A stretch of DNA of 64,000 nt from Actinomycetes bacterium. GTDB lineage: Bacteria > Actinomycetota > Acidimicrobiia > IMCC26256 > PALSA-610. Positions within the stretch are counted from its first letter, which is position 1; every line of letters begins with the position of its first letter. A program made the translations under genes and the position numbers. The notes under the pieces are model-generated. The model was not told the origin of the DNA. It saw nothing but the letters and a program-made list of their open reading frames with translations, and made no database searches. Below are positions 25,878 through 35,980 of this stretch, in pieces. The stretch lies in contig JAODBI010000225.1 in NCBI GenBank assembly GCA_025463875.1, positions 1,222 through 65,221 of the forward strand, in the 5' to 3' direction.

Positions 25878-27407
25878 TCAGGGCCGGACCGGAGCGTCCT
25901 CGAGCGTGCGGCAGGTTGCCGCTTGACAGCTTTCGAGCCGGTTGACGAGGTTGTGCAGCTCACTCACGAGGTGCGCGTAGCGCGGATCGCCTGCGACATT
26001 GAAGATCTCGTACGGATCTCGGTCGGTCACGTAGAGCTCGCGGCTCGTCGAGGAGTATTCGGTGTACAGGTAGTGGTCGGTCCGCACGCCGCGGTAACCC
26101 GGGATGTAGTCGAACCCGGCGGTGGGAATCCTCGCCTCGATCGCCTCCGAGTCGAGGTCGCGCGGCTCCTTTGGCCCGGACCCGGTCGTCTCCACCTGCG
26201 ACGGCCGCCAGTGTTCGAGCAGATAGGCGTGGCGAGGATGCGGATCGGGGGCCGGGTCGTGCAGTAACCGCGCGAAGGAGCGTCCGTCGACGAAGCCTGC
26301 GGTACGAACTCCGGCGAGTTGCGCGAGCGTCGGCGCGAGATCGATGTTGCCGACCATGGAATCGGCGGTCCGCCCGGCGGGTATCCCGGGTCCGCGCACT
26401 ATCAGCGGCACGTGGACGTCGGTGTCGTACGCCGTTTCCTTCCCGGCCGGCATCTGGAACTGACCGAAATGGAAGCCGTTGTCGGAGCTGAAGACGAAGT
26501 AGGTGTTTGCGAGCTGATTGGTCGCTTGCAGAGTCTTCACGAGCGCGGCGACGCCGCGGTCGACCGCTTGGAGCGATTGCAGTCGCTTGCGATACAGACC
26601 GTCGAGACCGGTTACCTGCGCACGGTCCAGGGGCTTGAGCGCCCGCAACCACGCCGGCTTCCCGGAGTCGTAGAGGTTGAAGCTGGGCGTCCGCGGCGCG
26701 TGCGCGCCCGGGAACAGGTAGTGATCGCGCTGGGCGGGAGTCGCGGGTGTGTGCGGCGCGTACACGTTCAGATACAGGAAGAAGGGACTACCGGCCGACT
26801 TCTGAATGAACGACCGTGCCTTCTTCAGATAAACGGTCGTGCCGTAGTCGGCGACGTTGTTTCCGTACTTCACGAGGTGATGATTCTCGTTGAGTATGTA
26901 CCGGTACTCGGAATACGGATCGCCGGCGACCGCACTGTCGAACTCGCTCCAACCCGGAGGCACATACGTCAGCGACGCGGTATCCGGATACTGGTTCAGA
27001 TACTTGCCGATGTACGCAGTTCGGTAGCCGCCGTTCTGTAGCCACGTGGCCATCGTCGACTTTTCGATGCCGAGCCGATACGCGGCCTCGAATCCGCCGT
27101 TCAAGGCACCGTTGCTCTCCACGCCCGTGTTGTGCGCGTACTGGCCTCGCAAGATCGACGACCGCGAAGGACAGCACAACGAGTTGCTGACGAAGTAGTG
27201 GCTGAACGTCACGCCTTCGTTTGCGAGCAGCTTCCGGACGTTCGGCATGTACGCCATCGAGGAGACGTCGAGATCGTCTGTCAGCAAGAAGACGATGTTC
27301 GGATGGGCCGGATCCGACCGGGTCGTAGCGTGCTTCGCATCGCTCGAGCACGCCGTCAGAACCAAGCCGAGAGCTATGAGAAAGGCCGCCGACCGGAGGA
27401 GGGACAT
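25878..27407 (-). CDS. Sulfatase (formylglycine-dependent arylsulfatase family) lipoprotein
   Basis: 509 aa. Lipobox ALGLVLTAC-S. Sulfatase signature SNSLCCPSRSSILRGQY (C-x-P-S-R) plus the N-terminal NIVFLLTDDL metal-binding motif. Confidence 0.93.
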   Translation of the reverse strand: MSLLRSAAFLIALGLVLTACSSDAKHATTRSDPAHPNIVFLLTDDLDVSSMAYMPNVRKLLANEGVTFSHYFVSNSLCCPSRSSILRGQYAHNTGVESNGALNGGFEAAYRLGIEKSTMATWLQNGGYRTAYIGKYLNQYPDTASLTYVPPGWSEFDSAVAGDPYSEYRYILNENHHLVKYGNNVADYGTTVYLKKARSFIQKSAGSPFFLYLNVYAPHTPATPAQRDHYLFPGAHAPRTPSFNLYDSGKPAWLRALKPLDRAQVTGLDGLYRKRLQSLQAVDRGVAALVKTLQATNQLANTYFVFSSDNGFHFGQFQMPAGKETAYDTDVHVPLIVRGPGIPAGRTADSMVGNIDLAPTLAQLAGVRTAGFVDGRSFARLLHDPAPDPHPRHAYLLEHWRPSQVETTGSGPKEPRDLDSEAIEARIPTAGFDYIPGYRGVRTDHYLYTEYSSTSRELYVTDRDPYEIFNVAGDPRYAHLVSELHNLVNRLESCQAATCRTLEDAPVRP

Positions 27408-27524
27408 TGGCGCAGAACGCTATCCGCCCCGCCGACCAATTCGGGGGCGGGCCCGCGTGATCGGGTGGAGGGCGTGAGCCGATCACAGTTACTCTGCGGG
27501 CTTCCAAGAGCCCGAGGAGTGCCG

Positions 27525-29762
27525 ATGGCTGCGGCGGACACGACTGGGTCCGGACGACAGGTGCATCTGCGGACCTGCCCGTTGTGCGAAGCGATGTGCG
27601 GGCTCGAGATCCACGTGCGCGACGAGCAGGTCGAGCTCATCCGCGCGGACCGAGACGACGTGTGGTCGAAGGGACATCTCTGCCCGAAGGGCACGACCCT
27701 CGGGCACCTGCACCACGACCCCGACCGGCTGCGCACTCCGATGTTGCGTCAGCCCGACGGAACGTTTCGCGCCGCGACGTGGGACGAGGCGTTCGCGCGC
27801 TGCGGTGAGCTGCTCCTTCCGGTCATCGCCGAGCACGGCATCGAGGCGGTGACCGCCTACGTCGGCAACCCGCTCGCACACGCGTTCAGCCTCAGCCGTT
27901 ACATCGGCATCCTCATCGGGATGTCGGGCATCCCGATGATCTACTCGCCCGGAACCGTCGACCAGTGGCCCAAGAACGTCAGCAGCCATCTCATGTACGG
28001 CGCCATGTGGAGCATTCCGGTGCCCGACGTGCGCCGCACCGACCTGCTCGTCGCGATGGGCGCGAATCCGCACGCGTCACAAGGATCGTTGCTCGCCTGC
28101 CCCGACCTCATGGGCGAGATCGACGCGATCCAGGAACGCGGCGGCGAGGTGATCGTGATCGATCCCCGCCGCACCGGCACCGCCGACCGCGCCGGTGAGT
28201 GGCTGCCGATCACACCGGGCACCGACGCCGCACTCCTGCTCGCGGTGGTGCACGTGCTCTTCGCCGACGACCTCGTCGACCTCGGTACCGTGTCCGAACT
28301 CATCGAGGGCGTCGAGAAGCTGCGCGATCTCGTCGAGGAGTGGACGCCCGAGCGGGTCGCGGCGACGACCGGCATCACCGCGGAGCGGACACGCCGGCTC
28401 GCGCACCAGCTCGCCGAGACCGAACGCGGAGTGCTCTACGGCCGCATCGGTCTGTGCAACCAAGAGTTCGGGACGCTCGCGAGCTGGCTCGTTGACGTCG
28501 TCAACATCCTCACGCGTCACTTCGACGTGCCGGGCGGGCTGATGTTCCCGCGGCCCGCGGCCTGGCCGCTCACCGTGTTGCCGATGCCCGGCCTCGAGAA
28601 CGGCGCGCCGAACTTCGGTCGGTGGCGCAGTCGCGTGCGCGGCGCGCCGGAAGTCCTCGGCCATGTGCCCGCATCGTGTCTCGCCGAGGAGATCGCGACG
28701 CCGGGCGCCGGGCAGATCCGCGCGTTGTTCACCGTCGCGGGCAACCCGGTGCTCGCGACGCCGGGCGGAGACCGTCTCGACGAAGCGCTCGACGGGCTCG
28801 CGTGCATGATCAGCGTCGACAACTGGATCAACGAGACCACGCGGCACGCCGATGTGATCCTGCCCGGGATGTCGGCGCTCGAGCAGGCGCACCACGACGA
28901 CCTGATCTGGCAGTTCGCGGTCGGCAGCGGCGCGAAGTACTCGGCTCCGATCTTCCCGCCGACCGACGGCCGGCCGCACGAGTGGGAGATCCTGATCCGG
29001 TTGGCCGGTCTGTGCCTCGGACAACCGATGCGCGAGGTCGACGTCGCCGCCATCGACGACGGGTTCTTCGACGTGCTCGCCGACGTGCACGGCCTCGACG
29101 GCCCGACGTTGCGCGCGGGCTACGACGAGGGCGGGCCGGAGCGACTCCTCGACTTGACCTTGCGCACCGGTCCGTTCGGTGATCGCTACGGCGAGCATCC
29201 CGACGGCATCAACCTCGACAAGGTGAAGGCCGCGCCGCACGGCATCGACCTGGGCCCGAACGTCTCCCGGCTCGTCGAGGTGCTGCAGACGCCCGACAAG
29301 AAAGTGGTGCTGACGCCGGACTACATCGTCGCCGACATTCCTCGTCTCGCATCGCGTCTCGATCGGCCGGCCGACGACCTCGTGCTGATCAGTCGCCGAC
29401 ACTTGCGCTCGAACAACTCGTGGATGCACAACGTGGCGGTGCTGGTCAAGGGCAAGGACCGCTGCACGCTGCTCATCCATCCCGACGACGCGCAACGGTT
29501 CGGACTGAACGACGGCGACCACGCCAAGGTGAGCTCCGAAGCCGGCGCGCTCGTCGTCCCGATCGAAGTGACCGACGCGATCAAGCGCGGCGTCGTCTCG
29601 CTGCCGCACGGTTGGGGCCACGACAAAGCCGGTACGCAGATGGCCGTCGCCAACGAGCACCCCGGCGTCAACACCAACGTCTTGTCTCCCGGTGGATTCG
29701 TCGACGTGCTCTCCGGCAACGCCGCGGTCAACGGCATCCCGGTGAGCGTCTCCCCCGGCTGA
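27525..29762 (+). CDS. Molybdopterin-dependent oxidoreductase (MopB superfamily, FdhF/BisC-like)
   Basis: ATG 27525 is preceded by GAGGAG (the ORF is open from 27132). It has an N-terminal 4Fe-4S Cys cluster (CPLCEAMCGLEIHV...KGHLCPKG), molybdopterin-binding domains and a C-terminal MopB barrel (VSLPHGWGH). Confidence 0.9.
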   Translation: MAAADTTGSGRQVHLRTCPLCEAMCGLEIHVRDEQVELIRADRDDVWSKGHLCPKGTTLGHLHHDPDRLRTPMLRQPDGTFRAATWDEAFARCGELLLPVIAEHGIEAVTAYVGNPLAHAFSLSRYIGILIGMSGIPMIYSPGTVDQWPKNVSSHLMYGAMWSIPVPDVRRTDLLVAMGANPHASQGSLLACPDLMGEIDAIQERGGEVIVIDPRRTGTADRAGEWLPITPGTDAALLLAVVHVLFADDLVDLGTVSELIEGVEKLRDLVEEWTPERVAATTGITAERTRRLAHQLAETERGVLYGRIGLCNQEFGTLASWLVDVVNILTRHFDVPGGLMFPRPAAWPLTVLPMPGLENGAPNFGRWRSRVRGAPEVLGHVPASCLAEEIATPGAGQIRALFTVAGNPVLATPGGDRLDEALDGLACMISVDNWINETTRHADVILPGMSALEQAHHDDLIWQFAVGSGAKYSAPIFPPTDGRPHEWEILIRLAGLCLGQPMREVDVAAIDDGFFDVLADVHGLDGPTLRAGYDEGGPERLLDLTLRTGPFGDRYGEHPDGINLDKVKAAPHGIDLGPNVSRLVEVLQTPDKKVVLTPDYIVADIPRLASRLDRPADDLVLISRRHLRSNNSWMHNVAVLVKGKDRCTLLIHPDDAQRFGLNDGDHAKVSSEAGALVVPIEVTDAIKRGVVSLPHGWGHDKAGTQMAVANEHPGVNTNVLSPGGFVDVLSGNAAVNGIPVSVSPG

Positions 29763-29771
29763 CCCGGCGCG

Positions 29772-31322
29772 TCACCGCGGCAGGGCTGCGTCCCAGCACG
29801 CGCTCGCCGCGTGGCAGTTCTCCATTCCCGCCACGATCCCGTGCAGCGTGCTCCGCTGGGCCGCGGTCAGCTGTGACGCGATGTTGTGCTGCTCGAACGG
29901 ATCCTTGGAGATGTCGTAGTACTCGATCTCGTGTTGGCGGTCGTTGTACTCGACGTACACGCCCTCGACCGGACCGTCGAAGCTCGCGAGCGTCTTCGTC
30001 GAGATCCGGATCGCCTCGTAGGTCGTCGGATTGCTGCCGCCGCCCTCGAAGTCGGGGTCGGCCGGATCGGTGTTGCCACCGTGGTGCTCGACCAACGCAA
30101 CCGTGCGCCAGGGCGCGGCGCTGTCCGCGGGATGCAGGAGCGGTACCAGGCTCCGGCCCTCGATCTGGGGCGCGGGCGTGTGCCCGGCGAGCTGCACGAA
30201 CGTGGGAAAGAGATCGACGTTCTGCACCACCTGCGAGACCACGCGACCCTGAGGCACTCCGGGCCCCGCGACGATCAGAGGCACCCGGATGTCGGTGTCG
30301 AACGCGGTCTGCTTTCCCTGCAACAGACGGTGCTGGCCGAGGTGGTATCCGTTGTCGGAGCTGAAGACGATGTACGTGTTGTCGCTGAGGTGGTTCGCGG
30401 CGAGCGTCGCTTCCGTGTCGGCGAGCAGCTTGTCGACCGCCTCCACGGCCTGCGCGCGCTTGCGGTAGCTCGTGTCGATCCTCCGAATCTGTCTGGGCGT
30501 CAATGCCTTTCGCTGACCGAGCCACGCGGGTGGGTCGACGTTGTTGTTGTCGAACGACGGGTCACGCGGCTCTTGCAGTCCCGGAAAGTCGTCGGCGTTT
30601 CGCGGCGCGGGCGTGTACGGCGCGTGGGGCGCGAATGTCGCCACCTCGATGGCGAACGGCTTGCCGCCCGCGTGGTTGATGAACGACTGGGCATCGCCAT
30701 TCAGGACATCGACGCCGTACTTGTCCTTTCCCTTGTAGCGATTGAACGAGCCGTTGTCGTTCAGCAAGAAGTTGAACTCGGCGTACCCCGTCGAGTTGCT
30801 GACGTGCCAGTCCGACCAGCCGGGCGGCACCGGGGCGTTCTGCTGATTGAGCGGATCGCCGTAGCCGTTCAGATACTTGCCGAGCATCGACGTGGTGTAG
30901 CCGGCCGACTGCAGCGCAACCGCGTAGGTCTTCTTGTCGAGGCCCTCGGACTGGAACTTCCCAAAGCCACCGTCGGGCGGCAGGTTCGTCGCGACTTTCG
31001 TGTCGTGTGGAAAGAGTCCGGTGAAGATCGTCGACCGCGACGGACAGCACAGGGAGTCGGCGACGAAGTAGTGGTCGAACGTCTCACCGCGCTTTTGCAG
31101 CTGCGTGATGTGCGGTGCGAACCGATCGTTGATCAGGTTCCAGGAGAGGTCGTCGGTGAGGATGAACACGATGTTCGGCGGCTTCGAAATGCCGGGCGCC
31201 GCCGGTGACGACGATCTCGAGTGGCTGCTGCACGACCCGGCCGCCAGCGCAGTCGCGATGACGACGACGCCCGCGATTCCCGGGCGCCACCGCCCGGTGT
31301 TGCGCGAGAGACGGGTCATCAT
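29772..31322 (-). CDS. Sulfatase (formylglycine-dependent) lipoprotein
   Basis: Start ATGATG at 31322 (MMTRLSRNTGRWRPGIAGVVVIATALAAGSC-S). Motifs: NIVFILTDDL and ADSLCCPSRSTIFTGLF. The ORF is open to 31583, but that extension looks non-coding. Confidence 0.93.
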   Translation of the reverse strand: MMTRLSRNTGRWRPGIAGVVVIATALAAGSCSSHSRSSSPAAPGISKPPNIVFILTDDLSWNLINDRFAPHITQLQKRGETFDHYFVADSLCCPSRSTIFTGLFPHDTKVATNLPPDGGFGKFQSEGLDKKTYAVALQSAGYTTSMLGKYLNGYGDPLNQQNAPVPPGWSDWHVSNSTGYAEFNFLLNDNGSFNRYKGKDKYGVDVLNGDAQSFINHAGGKPFAIEVATFAPHAPYTPAPRNADDFPGLQEPRDPSFDNNNVDPPAWLGQRKALTPRQIRRIDTSYRKRAQAVEAVDKLLADTEATLAANHLSDNTYIVFSSDNGYHLGQHRLLQGKQTAFDTDIRVPLIVAGPGVPQGRVVSQVVQNVDLFPTFVQLAGHTPAPQIEGRSLVPLLHPADSAAPWRTVALVEHHGGNTDPADPDFEGGGSNPTTYEAIRISTKTLASFDGPVEGVYVEYNDRQHEIEYYDISKDPFEQHNIASQLTAAQRSTLHGIVAGMENCHAASACWDAALPR

Positions 31323-31385
31323 TACAACTCTACGGAGCGGTGGCGCGGCGAGCGAGCGACCGACTGCTAGTCGTTGGAGGAATCT

Positions 31386-31736
31386 ATGAACCTCGGACGC
31401 GTGAGTAGCGCGGCGTTGATGCTGTCGGGAGTCGCGGGCGTCCTGAACCCGAACGGCGTCGCGGCGGCCCTCCATCTGTCGGCTCTGTCCGAGCGCGGCG
31501 TGACCGAGACGCGCGCGGGGTTGGGGGGTACGTACGCCGCGCTCGGTGCGTGGGGCCTGCTGAGTCGCGACCCGGCGGCGCACCTCGCCGTCGGAGTCAC
31601 CTGGCTCGGTGCAGCCGCGACGCGTCTCGGATCGCTGGTGGTCGATCGTCCCGGCACCGACCGCACGTTCTGGGCGTACCTCGCGGCCGAGATCGGTTTC
31701 GGCGCGACCGCCCTCGCGGCTGCAAGGTCCCTATGA
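31386..31736 (+). CDS. Small membrane protein (DUF4345-like)
   Basis: ATG 31386 is preceded by GGAGG at a spacing of 5 nt. 116 aa, Gly/Ala-rich, with four hydrophobic helices. The family call is tentative. Confidence 0.55.
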   Translation: MNLGRVSSAALMLSGVAGVLNPNGVAAALHLSALSERGVTETRAGLGGTYAALGAWGLLSRDPAAHLAVGVTWLGAAATRLGSLVVDRPGTDRTFWAYLAAEIGFGATALAAARSL

Positions 31737-31796
31737 CAGAAGCTGCCCCGACGCGCGCCGTGCGCTGACACGGAATTCCGAAGTCGGGGCATCGCT

Positions 31797-32597
31797 CTAG
31801 GTTCGCGAATCTCCGAGCGCGACGCGCGCCGCGAGGAACACGACGCGGGGTCGGTAGGGCTTCATCGCACTACCAATCGCGGCGATTGCCGCGGCGCGCA
31901 CGGCGGTCTCCGCACTCGGGCCCAGCGCGGCGACCCAGTCTGCGAACTGCGCCTGGCCGAACCGGTAGTCGACGAGCGCACGAGGGTCGCTCACGCCGAC
32001 GTCGACATCGTCCTCTTCGACTTCGACGTCGACGAGGCCCGCGGCGACCGCGGACCTGGTCATCGAGCTCGCCGAGCCGAGGAGCGGCGTCGCATGCTCT
32101 TTGAGGTCGAGGTACCACGCCGGCGGCGACCACCCGCGAGCCTGCGCCACTTCGTCCACCGCGTCGCGGCTCTCGCTATGAGCCGCGTTGGCGAAGACTG
32201 TCGCGAGCAGGCCACCGCCCGGCCGGGAGACGCGGGCGAGCTCGACGAGGCCCGCGACCGGATCGGTGAGGTGATTGAGCACGAACGCCGCGACCGCGAC
32301 GTCGAACGACTCGTTCCGAAACGGCAGTCGCATCACGTCGGCGACGACCGCCGGCGGCCGGCTGGCGCGATTCCACGCGAGCATGTCGGGCGAGAGGTCG
32401 ACGCCCACGATCTTCGCGGCGCCCGCGGCGCGCATTGGTGCCTCGGAGACGCCGGTACCCGCACCCACGTCGAGCACGCGCCGTCCCGTCAGGGCGACCG
32501 GTGTGCGCGCGACCAGTTGTCCCGCGATCGGCGCGTAGACGAGCGTCGCGCCGTGAGCCCAGCCGGATGCCGCCCCGTCGTAGTGATCGCGACTCAC
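31797..32597 (-). CDS. Class I SAM-dependent methyltransferase
   Basis: The GTG at 32597 overlaps the upstream stop (GTGA). Motif I VLDVGAGTGV, followed by RLPFRNESFDVAVAAFVLNH and RPGGGLL. Confidence 0.85.
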   Translation of the reverse strand: MSRDHYDGAASGWAHGATLVYAPIAGQLVARTPVALTGRRVLDVGAGTGVSEAPMRAAGAAKIVGVDLSPDMLAWNRASRPPAVVADVMRLPFRNESFDVAVAAFVLNHLTDPVAGLVELARVSRPGGGLLATVFANAAHSESRDAVDEVAQARGWSPPAWYLDLKEHATPLLGSASSMTRSAVAAGLVDVEVEEDDVDVGVSDPRALVDYRFGQAQFADWVAALGPSAETAVRAAAIAAIGSAMKPYRPRVVFLAARVALGDSRT

Positions 32598-33628
32598 GCG
32601 CGCAACGGCGGGTACTCGTCGGCGACGTGCCGAGCGCCCTCGCTCGCACGCGCTTCCCACCAGCGCAGCTCGGCGTCGTCGCCCATTGCTTTCTCCCACC
32701 CGAAGCACGCCGTCATGCCGAGGAGACAGAGGTCGAGTTGCAGATCGAACCACTCGTCCGTCCGCACGCCGCGCCGTTCGAGCGCGTCGCGGAAGGCCGC
32801 GATGGTGGCCTCCTTGTCGATCGGCAGCCGCGCGCTGTTCAGCGCGAGATACCAGGCGACATCCCACAGCACCGGACCGGCTCCGGGATAGGCCCAGTCG
32901 AGCAGGATCGTGCGGCCGTCGCGATGGCGACCGAGGTTGCCCATCTTCCAGTCGCCGTGCAGAAACGTGGCGGGCGTCGAGCGCATCGCGTCGGCGAGCG
33001 GTCCGGGCTCGGAATGGATCGCGGCGACAAGCTCGGCGAGCGCGGGGGCGCGCTCCACCAGCCGGGGCCATCCCTGCCCGGCGACGCGTATCGGCAACGG
33101 CGGGTCGTCGACCTCCGCCTCGCGTGCGATGTTGTCCGGCGCGAAGAACCGGACGCGTTCCTCGAGCGTCGTGAGGCCGAGATCGTCGGACCAACCCCAG
33201 AACCGGGCCGAGAGCGCGGCCAGGCCGTCGAGCATCCCGAGATGATCCTCGAGCGAAATGGTCGAGTCGCCCTCCGGGAACAGGCCATCACCGATGTCGC
33301 GCATGAGGATCGTGAGCAACGCGTCTTCGTCCTCGCCCTCGCCGTCGGCCGCCATGCCGACGACGGCATGGTCGATCTCGGGCGGCGCGTCGCGCATGAT
33401 CCCGGCCCGCCAGATCTTCAACGTGCGCAGGTCGCGGTCGCCGGTGACGCGCATGATCCAGTCGGTGCGATACCCGAGCGTCTTCACGAAGTGCGGCTGA
33501 CCGTGGATGGTGACCTTCTCGAACGCCGAACCCGACCGGGCGTCGCCGGGATCGACGGTCACGTGGGACGTCACACCCGCGAGCAGATCGGTACGGGATG
33601 CGGCGATCCACGGGTCCGGCGCGGCCAT
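32594..33628 (-). CDS. Phosphotransferase (APH/choline-kinase-like) family protein
   Basis: ATG 33628 is preceded by GAGGAG. It has the catalytic loop LHGDWKMGNLG (HGD-x4-N) and a downstream LLDWAY(P) (D-x-x motif). Confidence 0.8.
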   Translation of the reverse strand: MAAPDPWIAASRTDLLAGVTSHVTVDPGDARSGSAFEKVTIHGQPHFVKTLGYRTDWIMRVTGDRDLRTLKIWRAGIMRDAPPEIDHAVVGMAADGEGEDEDALLTILMRDIGDGLFPEGDSTISLEDHLGMLDGLAALSARFWGWSDDLGLTTLEERVRFFAPDNIAREAEVDDPPLPIRVAGQGWPRLVERAPALAELVAAIHSEPGPLADAMRSTPATFLHGDWKMGNLGRHRDGRTILLDWAYPGAGPVLWDVAWYLALNSARLPIDKEATIAAFRDALERRGVRTDEWFDLQLDLCLLGMTACFGWEKAMGDDAELRWWEARASEGARHVADEYPPLRA

Positions 33629-33712
33629 TGCGCTCTCCTCGGGTCGTTCACCTCGAAGACGGGGGTGCTCCGCCGATTCTCCCACGGATGAACCCGCGAT
33701 TCCTCCGAGGTG

Positions 33713-34576
33713 CTAGAGCTCCTCGAGTCGAGCGGCGAGGTCGCCACCGAGACGGCGCGTGAACGCGACCGGGTCGCCGCTCGGGACGAAGATCGCCTTG
33801 TCGATGCCCAACTTGGCGTAGCCGCGCATCTCCTCGACCACGCCGTCGACATCGGACGGATCACTCCGCGACAGCATCGTCTTCGTGATCGTGTCGTAGT
33901 CGCGCCCTTCGGCGTCGCAATGACCGCGCAGCACGTCGAGCTTGTGCGCGATCTCGTCCGGGCCGGACGCGAAGAGGTTGCACGCGTCGGCGTATTTGGC
34001 GACGAGCCGCAGCGTCTTGCGTTCACCGCCGCCCCCGATCAGCACCGGCGGTCGCGGCGAGCTGATGGGGTGCGGGTTGCAGATCGTCTCCGCGAGCGTG
34101 AAGTGCTTGGTGTCGAAGGGCCCGTCGTCGTCGCTCCACATCCGGAAGCACACGTGCAGCGTCTCCTCGAGGATCTCGAAGCGCTCCGCCATCGGCGGGA
34201 AGGGCACGCCGAGGCCGACGTGTTCGCGCTCGTACCAGGCCGCGCCGATACCGAGCTGCCCACGTCCGCCGGACAGCACGTCGAGCGTCGCCACGATCTT
34301 CGCGAGCAGCGCGGGATAGCGGTAGGTCACGCCCGTGACGAGCAGGCCGAGCCGGATCGTCTCGGTGTGCGCGGCGAGAAATCCGAGGGTCGTGTATCCC
34401 TCCATCATCGGTTCGGTCGCGGGCGCCAGGGCGTCCATCTGGAACCAGTGATCCATGACGCTCATGTCGGTCAGGCCGGCCTCTTCCGCGGCCTCACCGA
34501 TCCGGGCGAGGGTCGGCCCGATCGCCCGCGCACCGTCGGGCCAGTCCCAGGTGACAATGTGCAAACCGATTTTCAT
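33713..34576 (-). CDS. LLM-class F420-dependent (luciferase-like) oxidoreductase
   Basis: ATG 34576 is preceded by [15 protein letters not shown]..., [22 protein letters not shown] and the overall TIM-barrel LLM pattern. It has an ATGA overlap with the upstream gene. Confidence 0.88.
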   Translation of the reverse strand: MKIGLHIVTWDWPDGARAIGPTLARIGEAAEEAGLTDMSVMDHWFQMDALAPATEPMMEGYTTLGFLAAHTETIRLGLLVTGVTYRYPALLAKIVATLDVLSGGRGQLGIGAAWYEREHVGLGVPFPPMAERFEILEETLHVCFRMWSDDDGPFDTKHFTLAETICNPHPISSPRPPVLIGGGGERKTLRLVAKYADACNLFASGPDEIAHKLDVLRGHCDAEGRDYDTITKTMLSRSDPSDVDGVVEEMRGYAKLGIDKAIFVPSGDPVAFTRRLGGDLAARLEEL

Positions 34577-35583
34577 GATGCGGCCTCCGGAGTGAGGGGT
34601 TCGATCGGGCTCATGTCGGGATATCGCGCACCGGCAGCCGCGTCGGCCGGGAACGCGGCCTCGAGCGCCGCGACGTCGTCGGGGTTCAACGTGACGTCGA
34701 CAGCACCCGCGTTCTCTTCCAGGTAGGCGACGCGCTTCGTGCCGGGAATCGGGACGACATCGTCGCCCCGAGCGAGCACCCACGCCAGCGCGAGCTGTCC
34801 GGGGGTGCATCCCTTCTCCGCCGCGAGCTTGCGGACCTGCTCGACGAGGTCGAGATTCTTGGCGAAGTTCTCACCCTGAAACCGCGGATTGGTGCGGCGG
34901 AAGTCGTCGGGGGCGAAGTCGTCGAGCGACGTGATCTGGCCGGTGAGGAACCCGCGGCCGAGCGGGCTGTACGGAACGATCCCTACGCCGAGGTTGCGGG
35001 CCATGCCCACCATCTCGGTCTCGAGGTCGCGACTCCACAGCGACCATTCGCTCTGCAACGCTGCGATCGGGTGCACCGCGTGGGCGCGGCGCAACGTGTC
35101 GGCCGCCACCTCCGAGAGCCCGAGGTATCGCACCTTTCCGTCGCGGACGAGCTCAGCCATCGCCCCGATCGTCTCTTCGATCGGCGTGTTCCGGTCGGTG
35201 CGGTGCACGTAGTAGAGGTCGATGGTGTCGATCCCGAGTCGTTGCAGCGATGCATCGCACGCCTGATGCACGTACGCGGCGTCGCCCCGCACGACCCGGT
35301 GCGTCGGGTCGGTGGCCGAACGTTCCACACCGAACTTCGTCGCGACCGTCACCTCGGCGCGGCGGCCCTTGATCGCCCGGCCGACGAGCCGCTCGTTCGT
35401 GAACGGTCCGTACATGTCGGACGTGTCGAGGAACGTGACGCCGAGGTCGAGCGCCCGCCGGATCGTCTTCGTCGACTCGGCGTCGTCGCGATCGCCGTAG
35501 AAGTCGCTCATGCCCATGCAGCCGAGTCCCTCGGCCGAGACGACGAGGCCGGAGCGACCGAGTGTGCGCGTCGGGACCGTCAT
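34573..35583 (-). CDS. Aldo/keto reductase
   Basis: 336 aa. [52 protein letters not shown]. The ATG at 35583 overlaps the merR stop. Confidence 0.93.
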   Translation of the reverse strand: MTVPTRTLGRSGLVVSAEGLGCMGMSDFYGDRDDAESTKTIRRALDLGVTFLDTSDMYGPFTNERLVGRAIKGRRAEVTVATKFGVERSATDPTHRVVRGDAAYVHQACDASLQRLGIDTIDLYYVHRTDRNTPIEETIGAMAELVRDGKVRYLGLSEVAADTLRRAHAVHPIAALQSEWSLWSRDLETEMVGMARNLGVGIVPYSPLGRGFLTGQITSLDDFAPDDFRRTNPRFQGENFAKNLDLVEQVRKLAAEKGCTPGQLALAWVLARGDDVVPIPGTKRVAYLEENAGAVDVTLNPDDVAALEAAFPADAAAGARYPDMSPIEPLTPEAAS

Positions 35584-35942
35584 GCGGTGCTCCCCCGATA
35601 CCGATCGATCTTGAAGTTGATGGCGCCCAGGCAGTCGTTGAGGTGCTCCAGGTCGTGCAGCACGTGCCGGCGGTGCTGTTCCAGCAGCGCGAGACGGGCC
35701 GGCTCGGTGCCCGGGCCCCGCCGGACGAGTTCGACGTATTCCTGCATGCGGGTGATGGGCATACCGGTCGAGCGCAGCTTCCGGAGGAAGTCGACCCGGG
35801 CCAGGTCGGCGTCGCTGTAGATACGGCGGCCGCCCTCGTCGCGATCGACGGGGTCGATGAGCCCGATCCGCTCGTAGTACCGCAGGGTGTGGGCCGAGAC
35901 GCCGGTGCGTTCGGCGGTGGCGGCGATGGAGAGGTTCGTCAC
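35580..35942 (-). CDS. MerR family transcriptional regulator
   Basis: GTG 35942 ([29 protein letters not shown]...[25 protein letters not shown]). It has the classic MerR HTH plus a coiled-coil dimerisation helix. It is likely leaderless (see promoter). Confidence 0.88.
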   Translation of the reverse strand: MTNLSIAATAERTGVSAHTLRYYERIGLIDPVDRDEGGRRIYSDADLARVDFLRKLRSTGMPITRMQEYVELVRRGPGTEPARLALLEQHRRHVLHDLEHLNDCLGAINFKIDRYRGSTA

Positions 35943-35949
35943 GCCACCG

Positions 35950-35980
35950 ACGGTAGGACTTCGAGCGCACTCGAAGTCAA
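35950..35980 (-). promoter_or_regulatory. MerR-type promoter: -35 TTGACT, 19-bp spacer carrying a 9-4-9 palindrome, -10 TACCGT
   Basis: The minus strand reads TTGACT (35980-35975), then TCGAGTGCGCTCGAAGTCC (19 nt), then TACCGT (35955-35950). The inverted repeat GACTTCGAG-n4-CTCGAAGTC spans 35957-35978. The GTG start is 7 nt past the -10. Confidence 0.6.
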
